Origin: a virus
Taxonomy: Duplodnaviria > Caudoviricetes
Strand: one strand, 5' to 3'
Length of the DNA stretch: 49,496 bases
IMG/VR virus record: IMGVR_UViG_3300038492_000107
Span: 1-49,496 of that record
Under the pieces are notes generated by a model, which saw only the letters and a program-made list of their open reading frames with translations, had not been told where the DNA came from and made no database searches. The position numbers were made by a program, and so were the translations under genes. Positions 9,305 to 16,668 of the stretch are shown piece by piece. The first letter of the stretch is position 1; every line of letters starts with the position of its first letter.

Positions 9305-10000
9305 TTAAAGGTCCCCGTATAACTCCATAACAAACTTAACAAAAGGACCTCGTTGAATATCTTCAATGCCAAACCTTACGTGTCCTACATACTCTTGATT
9401 CTTATGTGTGTGTAACTTATAAATCAGATCTGCAAGTCCGTTACCTTTAGTTTGTGTCATATCTTCTTGCTTCATATCTCCTAATATAATCAATTGAGAA
9501 GAGTCTTCAATACGTGTTAATAATGTTTTCATCTGCAGCTGGGTGCTGTTTTGAAACTCATCTGCTATAACAACGCTATTTCTGAAGTTACGTCCTCGAA
9601 GAAAGCCTACAGGAATGAATTCGACTTTCTCTTGTATCTCTTCTATATCTTTCACAGATAACATAGGACTGAATTCAGATAAATATTCAATAAACTGTTC
9701 AGCATAAGGCCTTGTTTTCTCGTTAACATCTCCGGGCAAGAAGCCCATCTTCTCATTACCTACAGTGGTTAGAGGCCTGGTGAAGATGATCTTATCTTTT
9801 TTCCCGGAAAGCACTAAAGATAAAGCGTGGTGAACTGCTAAAAATGTCTTACCTGTACCAGCCAATCCCTCCATAATAACAACTTGGAAATCATCCATCA
9901 ACCCCATAGCCACTCGTTGATTATCTGTGGCAGGAGTTATAGGCGCTATAGATAGCTTAAACGGCCTGTTCTTTCCGACTTTCTTGGATGCTTTAGCCAT
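9305..10000 (-). CDS. phoH: PhoH-family ATPase
   Basis: GLAGTGKT, GFLPGD..EK, FLRGRNF, IADEFQN, LLTRI, GDMKQ.D. Confidence 0.92.
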   Translation of the reverse strand: MAKASKKVGKNRPFKLSIAPITPATDNQRVAMGLMDDFQVVIMEGLAGTGKTFLAVHHALSLVLSGKKDKIIFTRPLTTVGNEKMGFLPGDVNEKTRPYAEQFIEYLSEFSPMLSVKDIEEIQEKVEFIPVGFLRGRNFRNSVVIADEFQNSTQLQMKTLLTRIEDSSQLIILGDMKQEDMTQTKGNGLADLIYKLHTHKNQEYVGHVRFGIEDIQRGPFVKFVMELYGDL

Positions 10001-10015
10001 AAGGCAAATCCTTTC

Positions 10016-10324
10016 TTAATTAACTCTATTTAGATGTTTTTGTGACTTGTACCTAAAATACTTAAGGTAAGAACCGGCTAGCTTAAGAATGGGCTCACTA
10101 TCAGGCAGGCTCCTCATTATAAGCTCATCCACGATCGTCTGTAGAACAGCTATGATCTTATGCCTCGCCTCTGCGCTAATATTAATAGCCCCTACAATAT
10201 CCCTGGTCTGAGGGTCTATGGCTACAAAGCCTCCCAAATCCTGAATATATTCTTCGATCTCGGCCACGAACTCTTCTACTGAAGAAGCTTCTTGATAAGG
10301 TAGATATTCTAAATCTTCATTCAT
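10016..10324 (-). CDS. Hypothetical protein
   Basis: 102 aa ORF with AAGGAG RBS, in operon. Confidence 0.7.
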   Translation of the reverse strand: MNEDLEYLPYQEASSVEEFVAEIEEYIQDLGGFVAIDPQTRDIVGAINISAEARHKIIAVLQTIVDELIMRSLPDSEPILKLAGSYLKYFRYKSQKHLNRVN

Positions 10325-10347
10325 GTCTTACGCTCCTTCTTGCTTTA

Positions 10348-10740
10348 TTAGTCACTTGTCTTTTCTAAAACCCACTCCATAGGGATTTCTTTGTCATGGA
10401 ATAGGAATCCATGTTTATGGCACCAGTCCGCATAAGTTGTCTTTGAATTTTTGTGTATTTTCTTGTTGCTGTTATCGAATACGAAACGCAAGTCTATATC
10501 AGGATGCTGATCTTTTATGAGGAGATGCTTTGCTCTATCTGCCGCATCAAAGTATCCTTTGATCTCTATGATAATACCATTACTTAATAGTATATCTGGT
10601 GTGTAGACAGAAGGTTTCTTCTCATATTTTAACTTAACCGTTTCGTACTCATAAGACACTCCTTGCTCTTTAAGTTTGTTTGTGACTTTCTCCTCTAAAC
10701 TGCTTCTATACTTAGATAGATTTTTTCTCTGCCTTCTCAC
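10348..10740 (-). CDS. T7 endonuclease I-like Holliday junction resolvase
   Basis: YRSSLE, YTPD, IIIEIKG, KHLLIKDQHPDIDLRFVF, TYADWC.KHGF. Confidence 0.93.
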   Translation of the reverse strand: MRRQRKNLSKYRSSLEEKVTNKLKEQGVSYEYETVKLKYEKKPSVYTPDILLSNGIIIEIKGYFDAADRAKHLLIKDQHPDIDLRFVFDNSNKKIHKNSKTTYADWCHKHGFLFHDKEIPMEWVLEKTSD

Positions 10741-11360
10741 GGTACCCTCAATTCTGCCATAAGATTCTTAGGGAGCACCTCTTTGTCAGCAAACCCATAA
10801 CGAACAAGGTCATAAGAGTCCATGAACAAATCTTTTCTGCCAAAAAATGTGTTACGTACTACGAACTCACTTTGTTTTGTCTTTTTCATGTAGTTACTAA
10901 CTAAATTCTCTTCTAGGATCTTCATATGCTCCATAGAGTCTTTGATGTTATGGTAACTTCCTCCAGTGCTTGTGGCGAACGTGTGAGTCATGCCGATGGA
11001 GTCGGGTAAAACTATCCTTTTGGTACCATTAGCTAACAACATCAATCCTGCTGAATGGGCAGAAGTGTTAGCGACAGTCACTACAGGTTTACCTATAACT
11101 TCCAACAAATTGACTGCGGCGAAGGCTTCTTCTAAGCTCCCTCCTGGTGAATTGATCATTAGAATGAGGTGCGTAGGGTCTATTTCAGGGTTGTTTACGA
11201 GCATCTCAGCTTGTATCCCTAATAAACTCTTAACCAAATCATCTTTACCTAGCTCTCCGTTAACACTTAGAAGGATGGGAGAGGTGTCCGGACCTTCATC
11301 CAAGACACTCTCTTCACTTCCTTGAGAAAATAGTTCTAATTGAGTGTATTCTTTTGTCAT
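10737..11360 (-). CDS. clpP: ClpP-like protease proteolytic subunit
   Basis: LMINSPGG, AHSAG (Ser), GMTH (His), RKDLFMD (Asp region), YGFAD. Confidence 0.85.
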   Translation of the reverse strand: MTKEYTQLELFSQGSEESVLDEGPDTSPILLSVNGELGKDDLVKSLLGIQAEMLVNNPEIDPTHLILMINSPGGSLEEAFAAVNLLEVIGKPVVTVANTSAHSAGLMLLANGTKRIVLPDSIGMTHTFATSTGGSYHNIKDSMEHMKILEENLVSNYMKKTKQSEFVVRNTFFGRKDLFMDSYDLVRYGFADKEVLPKNLMAELRVP

Positions 11361-11371
11361 AATACTTATCC

Positions 11372-11695
11372 TTAGGTTAGAAGGGTCATTAAAGTTTGTA
11401 TGTTACGTGTTAACATAACACTTTGTGTTTGAAGAGACGTTAGTTCTTTTTGAACACAAGGTAGAATCTTTCTCTTTCCAGTTTTACTTTTACGCAGCCT
11501 AGCTTCTACCACATCTAACTTGCTCCAGACAGTGCTGCGGACTTTGAGAAGAGCTTCCATCTCAGATCTAATCCCGAATCGGTTACCTCTCATCGCATTG
11601 ATCGAAAGTAAGACACCGTCTTTATCGAAAGGAAGTCCTACCTTACGAGCAAGGAATTTAACACCTATTTCATATTCAGTACGCTTCTTTTTCAT
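11372..11695 (-). CDS. Hypothetical basic protein
   Basis: 107 aa ORF with GGGAGA RBS. Confidence 0.6.
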   Translation of the reverse strand: MKKKRTEYEIGVKFLARKVGLPFDKDGVLLSINAMRGNRFGIRSEMEALLKVRSTVWSKLDVVEARLRKSKTGKRKILPCVQKELTSLQTQSVMLTRNIQTLMTLLT

Positions 11696-11771
11696 GATAA
11701 TCTCTCCCTATATCTCTTCTTATTCTATAGGTACTACTTATAGTACCATAAAACACTCAAATAATCAAGGC

Positions 11772-12029
11772 TTATATTACTTTATTTAATCTTTCTAAAG
11801 TGTGTTGTGACAGATCTGATAGAGCCATGATCTCTGCCGTAAAATTATTTCTAGGTAACACGTCAGAGTGCTCCATGATGTCCCTCATCTTAGCTACAAA
11901 GAATTCAACTTCTTCCAAACGGAGGTTTATGTCTTCTTTTGTTGTTGAGTCAATAGGGTCGTGCCCCAGACCTTCGTCCACTACATCTTCCTGTGAAAAA
12001 TTATTAAACATCATACTATATCGATTCAT
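11772..12029 (-). CDS. Hypothetical acidic protein
   Basis: 85 aa ORF with AGGAG RBS. Confidence 0.6.
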   Translation of the reverse strand: MNRYSMMFNNFSQEDVVDEGLGHDPIDSTTKEDINLRLEEVEFFVAKMRDIMEHSDVLPRNNFTAEIMALSDLSQHTLERLNKVI

Positions 12030-12038
12030 GATAAACTC

Positions 12039-12392
12039 CTATCTTCTTTTTCTATGCTTTATGGCTTTTTCCTTAAGTCTTAGTTTGTTAATACAAGATC
12101 TACGCATAGCTAAGGCTATTCTATAGTCAATGTCGTCTTTGGACTGAATAGGTTTCTTACCTGTGTCGTTATGTCGTTTCACTGACCATATCAATATTAC
12201 TGCGGATGCGATGATTAACACTAAACCTAGAAATAACCCTATTGCTACGTTGTCTAAGTGATCCATACCGGATATAGTGTATTCTGTCCAAGCCCACCAG
12301 ACGTCCACAGCTGTAGCGCCTGTAGCACCTACAAGACTCACTGTTGCTGATAAGGCTGCTATGTGGAAGTCTGTTAAGCGTTTCATGACCAA
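12039..12392 (-). CDS. Hypothetical membrane protein (about 2 TM)
   Basis: Two hydrophobic stretches and a basic C-terminus; AGGAG RBS. Confidence 0.65.
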   Translation of the reverse strand: MVMKRLTDFHIAALSATVSLVGATGATAVDVWWAWTEYTISGMDHLDNVAIGLFLGLVLIIASAVILIWSVKRHNDTGKKPIQSKDDIDYRIALAMRRSCINKLRLKEKAIKHRKRR

Positions 12393-12404
12393 ATCTCCTA
12401 CTAG

Positions 12405-12611
12405 TTACTCTTCACCGAACTTAGCAGCGAACATACTTCTTTGTTTAGCTGCTCTTACCGCCTTGAACTTCTCATAAGAAATAATCTCGGCTGACTCTGG
12501 CATTGCGTATATATCGCACTTACTCATATCATGATCTCTAACCTTGTCAGCATAATCCTTAAAACATTTATCGATAAGGCGGTCCGTGATACTAATTACA
12601 TTGTTTTCCAT
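12405..12611 (-). CDS. Small hypothetical protein, paralogue A
   Basis: AGGAG RBS; shares NNVISITD and AEIISYEKF motifs with 12702..12911. Confidence 0.65.
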   Translation of the reverse strand: MENNVISITDRLIDKCFKDYADKVRDHDMSKCDIYAMPESAEIISYEKFKAVRAAKQRSMFAAKFGEE

Positions 12612-12640
12612 GATAAAATCTCCTGTTGCTTATGCCTGTT

Positions 12641-12682
12641 CCTTACATTATACAAGATAGTATTTTGGAACCGAATGTCAAG
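12641..12682 (-). promoter_or_regulatory. Early-type promoter
   Basis: CTTGAC-N16-CTATCT followed by TGTATAATGTAAGG on the minus strand. Confidence 0.7.
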
Positions 12683-12701
12683 AGCTAGAAGTAAATTATT
12701 T

Positions 12702-12911
12702 TTAATCTTTTCCTAAGTTTTTTTCCCAGTAGGTTAGGAGCCTGTCAAGTTCTTTCCAATCCCTATACTTAACAAACTCTTCATATGATATTATCTGAGC
12801 TATTTTACGTTCACTATGTTTAGTGTTACCTCGAAGTCTCTGCTCATACACTTCTTTAGCTCTGTTGTTTCCTATAACATCTGTTACATCTACTATGTTA
12901 TCTTTACTCAT
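12702..12911 (-). CDS. Small hypothetical protein, paralogue B
   Basis: Likely start MSKDNIVDVTD; AQIISYEEF motif. Confidence 0.6.
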   Translation of the reverse strand: MSKDNIVDVTDVIGNNRAKEVYEQRLRGNTKHSERKIAQIISYEEFVKYRDWKELDRLLTYWEKNLGKD

Positions 12912-12912
12912 G

Positions 12913-13086
12913 TTAGCAACCTTTCTTATATATGAACCTAGTGCCATCTGGTCTATGCTCTATGACAAAAACCGGTTTATCTTTTATGAATTCAAGTACT
13001 TCCTCTTCCCAGCACCCTCCAAAAGAAAGATACCAGTTCAATAAAAATACTATATTATGCTTATGTTCACTCAATCTTAATGTCAT
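12913..13086 (-). CDS. Small hypothetical protein (57 aa, below ORF-track cutoff)
   Basis: Manual translation MTLRLSEHKHNIVFLLNWYLSFGGCWEEEV...KKGC*; GGGAGG RBS; first gene after the leftward promoter. Confidence 0.6.
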   Translation of the reverse strand: MTLRLSEHKHNIVFLLNWYLSFGGCWEEEVLEFIKDKPVFVIEHRPDGTRFIYKKGC

Positions 13087-13126
13087 GACTTGGGTCCTCC
13101 CTATCCGTGCCTTCCTTATGACTTAT

Positions 13127-13222
13127 AATATAGTACTTTAAGGTCCTGTTGTCAAGGATAAATATTATTTTCATATAAAAAAGGTGCCAACCCTTGACAA
13201 AGAGGGTTATCTGCTCTATATT
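13127..13222. promoter_or_regulatory. Back-to-back divergent sigma70-type promoters
   Basis: Minus strand: TTGACA 13155-13150, 17 bp, TATATT. Plus strand: TTGACA 13194-13199, 17 bp, TATATT. Confidence 0.8.
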
Positions 13223-13262
13223 ATATAGTATAACAATAGTTACTTAAAGAAAGGAACAGGAC

Positions 13263-13748
13263 ATGAATATTTCATATAAAATAATGTTAGGGTTATTTGG
13301 TTTAGGTTTACTTGGAGCTTCTTATGAGATGCACCAGAAGCAAAGCACTCACCAGGCTGCTTCTACTCAGAGCTCTCAAGAAGAGATCAATAGACAGGTT
13401 ATGGCTGTTGTAGCTTATGTAGCCGAGCTAGCGGAACAGGATATGAGGGACATGGTTAAATATAACCTTGAGCCAGGAGCTGTTGTTCAATCATTTATGG
13501 ATAACCATATTGATCAAGCTAAAGAACAACACACATATGGTCTTGCAGCTAGCATCATTTATATGGTAAAAGAAGCTCCAGGAAGCAACTTTGCACAGAA
13601 ACTAGGTAACGGGATTTATAAGTTACTTAGTTCTAGAGAAGCAAGTCTGTTCTCAAAAGAAGCTAAATTATATAAATATATTAACGAAGACGAAACTTCA
13701 AAGAAAAACCATGCAGCACAGATACTGTTTCATGTGTTAGCTAATTAA
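13263..13748 (+). CDS. Hypothetical exported or membrane-anchored protein
   Basis: N-terminal hydrophobic segment MLGLFGLGLLGA; own promoter and RBS. Confidence 0.7.
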   Translation: MNISYKIMLGLFGLGLLGASYEMHQKQSTHQAASTQSSQEEINRQVMAVVAYVAELAEQDMRDMVKYNLEPGAVVQSFMDNHIDQAKEQHTYGLAASIIYMVKEAPGSNFAQKLGNGIYKLLSSREASLFSKEAKLYKYINEDETSKKNHAAQILFHVLAN

Positions 13749-13797
13749 TAAAACAGGAGGTTGCTATAGGTATGGAAACCCCCGGAACAGTAACCTT

Positions 13798-13901
13798 ATA
13801 ATAACATGGATTAGATCATTTGTCAAGAGGTAAATAGGGTTATTTTAAATATTAAAAAGTTTCACTTTGTCTCTTGACAAACAACACTAAAATACTATAT
13901 T
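13798..13901. promoter_or_regulatory. Second divergent promoter pair
   Basis: Minus strand: TTGACA 13826-13821, 17 bp, TATTAT. Plus strand: TTGACA 13874-13879, 16 bp, TATATT. Confidence 0.65.
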
Positions 13902-13934
13902 ATATTATATAAGAGGTTAGAAGGGAGACAGGTC

Positions 13935-14096
13935 ATGAATAAAGAACTTAAAAGAATCAAAGAAGAGATTCGCACGGAGAACCAGTATTGGATTTCTTAT
14001 TATAACGCTGTAGACGCTATGACTCCTCCAGCAGTTAAGTACTGGACAGAGGTGTTCAATAGATTCTATAGATCTACAGTAGACCAGGAAGGGTAA
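13935..14096 (+). CDS. Small hypothetical protein (53 aa)
   Basis: Manual translation MNKELKRIKEEIRTENQYW...VDQEG*; GGGAG RBS. Confidence 0.6.
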   Translation: MNKELKRIKEEIRTENQYWISYYNAVDAMTPPAVKYWTEVFNRFYRSTVDQEG

Positions 14097-14110
14097 GAAG
14101 GGAGTTTGTT

Positions 14111-14482
14111 ATGACAGTCCTACCTACAGGCTTATATGAGGAGGCCATAAAAGAATTGGTGTTAGAAGGACATGCGAACCCGGGATTCGATCCCTACAAC
14201 AAGTATGAGGGTGTTCAGACTTTTTACATGGGGAGTTTAGCTTCTTTTATCCTGTACCGAGTACTGGAATCACACATAATGATTGAGCTTATTTATGTGT
14301 CTAAAAAACGAAGAGGGAGCGGAGCGGGAAAGAAGATACTGTCTGAATTTGTTGCTTTAGTTCGCAGTAAAGCATCTTGGCCTAAAGCGATAAGGGCAGA
14401 GATAATAGAAGGAAACCAAGGATCTTTTTCACTATTCAAAGAGTTTAGAACCAGGCAAGTAGAGAAAGAGATCACAGTGTAA
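14111..14482 (+). CDS. GNAT-family acetyltransferase
   Basis: IELIYVSKKRRGSGAGKKIL (acetyl-CoA motif A, RxxGxG) and GNQGSFSLF (motif B-like). Confidence 0.8.
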   Translation: MTVLPTGLYEEAIKELVLEGHANPGFDPYNKYEGVQTFYMGSLASFILYRVLESHIMIELIYVSKKRRGSGAGKKILSEFVALVRSKASWPKAIRAEIIEGNQGSFSLFKEFRTRQVEKEITV

Positions 14483-14546
14483 CCAATCACCCGGACGGAA
14501 GAAGTGACGTTCCTGTGAGGTTCATAAGTAGATAAAGGAGATATGT

Positions 14547-14801
14547 ATGAGAACTGCACTTATAGTTATATTAAGTCTTTTAACCTTATTAACAACTTTT
14601 GTGGTAGGAGGTATTTCAGGGTATATGGTCGGCGCTGAAGATACAAACAAAATCCTTACTTCAGCCTCTGTGGAAATGGTTGATAGAGGTATGATCACTA
14701 TCAATAGGGTGCCTACTGACGAAGAAATGGAAGAGATTCTGAAAACAGCTACAGCAAGGCTACTAGAACAACTCTTAACTAATAGGGAGCACACATCATG
14801 A
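14547..14801 (+). CDS. Small membrane-anchored hypothetical protein
   Basis: N-terminal TM segment; AAGGAG RBS. Confidence 0.65.
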   Translation: MRTALIVILSLLTLLTTFVVGGISGYMVGAEDTNKILTSASVEMVDRGMITINRVPTDEEMEEILKTATARLLEQLLTNREHTS

Positions 14802-14857
14802 GAAACATACAAACTAAACTCCAGGTGTCTCATATCTTCGGCTCAGTTTATTAAGGA

Positions 14858-14927
14858 AGGAGGTGACGAGGACTGGTTCTCTCGTTAAATAAAGAACTAA
14901 AGGCTCACAAATAAGTGAGTCTTTTTT
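14858..14927 (+). ncRNA. Putative structured RNA element, copy 1 (H-type pseudoknot plus terminator hairpin)
   Basis: 35 nt identical to 15460-15494; stems UGACGAG/CUCGUUA and UGGUUCU/AGAACUA; then AGGCUCAC/GUGAGUCU hairpin and a U-run. Confidence 0.55.
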
Positions 14928-14937
14928 ATTATCTACC

Positions 14938-14979
14938 CTTGACATTCTAAATTATTGCCCTATATTATATAATATAAGG
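14938..14979 (+). promoter_or_regulatory. Early-type promoter
   Basis: CTTGAC-N16-CTATAT followed by TATATAATATAAGG. Confidence 0.75.
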
Positions 14980-15006
14980 ATATGATTAATAACAGGAGAT
15001 TTTAAA

Positions 15007-15381
15007 ATGAATAAGTTAGGTTTAGTGCTTTTAGGTGTTGTAGGCTTCAGCGTTGTAGCTAACGTAATGGACATCAAATCAAACCAAGCACAACATACTG
15101 TTCAAGTAGATATTAACTATGAGATGGGAGTAAAGATGCAATTAAATGATCTTCTAAAGCATATAACTCATGTTAGGAGCATGGTTAAAGATAATGCAGC
15201 ATTCCTACAGCTAGTTAATAAGATTGGACAAGAAGCTTTTAGTAGAGATAGTTCTGCATATAAGGCTGCTATAGTGAAAGGTGTTAATTATATGGCAGGG
15301 CAATTAGTTAATGACCCTCAAGTTGATAGAGATCAGCTACTTCGCTTCACTACAGCACAGGTTATGAGGGAGCTGCGATAA
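15007..15381 (+). CDS. Hypothetical exported or membrane-anchored protein
   Basis: MNKLGLVLLGVVGFSVVA signal-like N-terminus; own promoter and AGGAG RBS. Confidence 0.7.
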   Translation: MNKLGLVLLGVVGFSVVANVMDIKSNQAQHTVQVDINYEMGVKMQLNDLLKHITHVRSMVKDNAAFLQLVNKIGQEAFSRDSSAYKAAIVKGVNYMAGQLVNDPQVDRDQLLRFTTAQVMRELR

Positions 15382-15408
15382 TTTAATCATTTAAATCTCG
15401 GATTTACT

Positions 15409-15450
15409 CTTGACAAATTAAATTTTTGCTCTATCTTATATAATATAAGG
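15409..15450 (+). promoter_or_regulatory. Early-type promoter with no substantial downstream ORF
   Basis: CTTGAC-N16-CTATCT followed by TATATAATATAAGG. Confidence 0.75.
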
Positions 15451-15459
15451 GTGATATAT

Positions 15460-15578
15460 AGGAGGTGACGAGGACTGGTTCTCTCGTTAAATAATGAACC
15501 AGGAAGGTCACAATCAAGTGATCCTTACCTTTTAAACAAAGAAACCCCCTAAGGAAGCTTTTCCAAAGGGGGTTTTTT
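15460..15578 (+). ncRNA. Putative small RNA, structured element copy 2
   Basis: Bounded by a promoter and a terminator; stems UGACGAG/CUCGUUA and CUGGUUC/GAACCAG; hairpin GGUCAC/GUGAUC. Confidence 0.6.
15542..15578. terminator. Probable bidirectional intrinsic terminator at the convergence of plus- and minus-strand transcription
   Basis: AAACCCCCT...AGGGGGTTT stem with T-rich runs following on both strands. Confidence 0.8.
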
Positions 15579-15731
15579 ATGTCTTCTTGAGGTTAATTAG
15601 TTCTAGTGATATATTTCTCCGTAACATACAGCCATATAACACAGAAACAGAGGCTAGAGGATCAAGTGTATATGCTCTCGCATGTTATGTCCAAAATAGA
15701 CACTTGCTTCTGTACGGACTTGTATGAGGCC

Positions 15732-16289
15732 TTAACGTGGGTGTGCTGTAAAAGAACCATCTGCGTTTCGTATATAAGTGAAATTAGGATCATTAGCGTA
15801 TTTAGGAGGTAAAGTTCCTGCTGTTACAGTATTTGTGTGTCCAGGATCTCTCGCTACCCCATAAACCTTCTCATACGAACGCATAGCACCTAAACCCAAC
15901 ATACCCATAAGCACTGTCAGGAGAGATTGCATGTCGAAAGTAGGTAAGACTATCTGCTCTCCTAAGGAAACTACCAAGAAGGCCAGCATGGGTTGTATGA
16001 CAAAATGATAAGCGAGGGCGCTTCCACATATCCACCCGATGAAAGGCCTCCAACCGGAGACGAATATGTTTTGATGCTTGGCTTCTTCTTTATTGACCTC
16101 TATCTGAGCTTTATTGGCTTCTTGTATGGCCTTCTCTTGCTCGGCTATCAGTTTTTGCAACTCCAATTCAATATCAAGCCTCTTGCTTTTCATATCATCA
16201 GTAGACATGTCAACACCTAACTTAGAGCCAACAGTGTCTACAACCTTTCCTAGTATAGGCCCTAGGATGCCCATTATTATAGGTAGCAT
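15732..16289 (-). CDS. Holin of the 3TM (gene-transfer-release) family
   Basis: QIEVNKEEA..FVSGWRPFIGWICG and LMGMLGLGAMRSYEK motifs. Confidence 0.85.
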   Translation of the reverse strand: MLPIIMGILGPILGKVVDTVGSKLGVDMSTDDMKSKRLDIELELQKLIAEQEKAIQEANKAQIEVNKEEAKHQNIFVSGWRPFIGWICGSALAYHFVIQPMLAFLVVSLGEQIVLPTFDMQSLLTVLMGMLGLGAMRSYEKVYGVARDPGHTNTVTAGTLPPKYANDPNFTYIRNADGSFTAHPR

Positions 16290-16308
16290 ATTAATTTAAT
16301 ACCTTTCT

Positions 16309-16668
16309 TTATCCGTTGACTGCGCGTAACAAATCGTCCTTGATTCTTGCTATCCTTTTCTTTGAGACAGATTTATCAGGAAGCTCTTCAGCTACTTTTA
16401 AGACATCTCTTTGAAGCTTCAGTAAAGCTGTTTCTAGCGCCAGCAACCTTTTCCGGGTCTGATCCACCTCCTCTTTCAACTCTCTTATATCATCCAAGCT
16501 AGTGGACACTAAATCCAAAACTTTGACGTTAAAAGTATCCTGACCTTTCCTGCTATTCATTATAGTAGTAATGGCAAGGTATATCACATATAACACAGGC
16601 GCCAATACGATAAGAAAAGGAATCGCTTGAGGAAACACCTCACTCACTAAGGTTATCATAGTTTCCAT
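16309..16668 (-). CDS. Membrane-anchored coiled-coil protein, possibly lysis-related
   Basis: One N-terminal TM segment followed by a heptad-rich region; adjacent to the holin. Confidence 0.5.
   Translation of the reverse strand: METMITLVSEVFPQAIPFLIVLAPVLYVIYLAITTIMNSRKGQDTFNVKVLDLVSTSLDDIRELKEEVDQTRKRLLALETALLKLQRDVLKVAEELPDKSVSKKRIARIKDDLLRAVNG

Noticed and set aside
9160-9372. 70 aa minus-strand ORF overlapping phoH
   Set aside because: The 5' part overlaps phoH; only a shorter ORF from MKDLYN is plausible and it has no supporting motif.
14858-15494. 35 bp repeat pair as a CRISPR array or attachment site
   Set aside because: Only two copies about 600 bp apart with a gene between them; no cas or integrase gene.
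15460-15530. Pistol ribozyme or preQ1 riboswitch
   Set aside because: It shares CGUUAAAUA and a pseudoknot with pistol, but I could not build the P2/P3 stems; preQ1 consensus nucleotides and a regulated downstream gene are lacking. A covariance search is needed to exclude these firmly.
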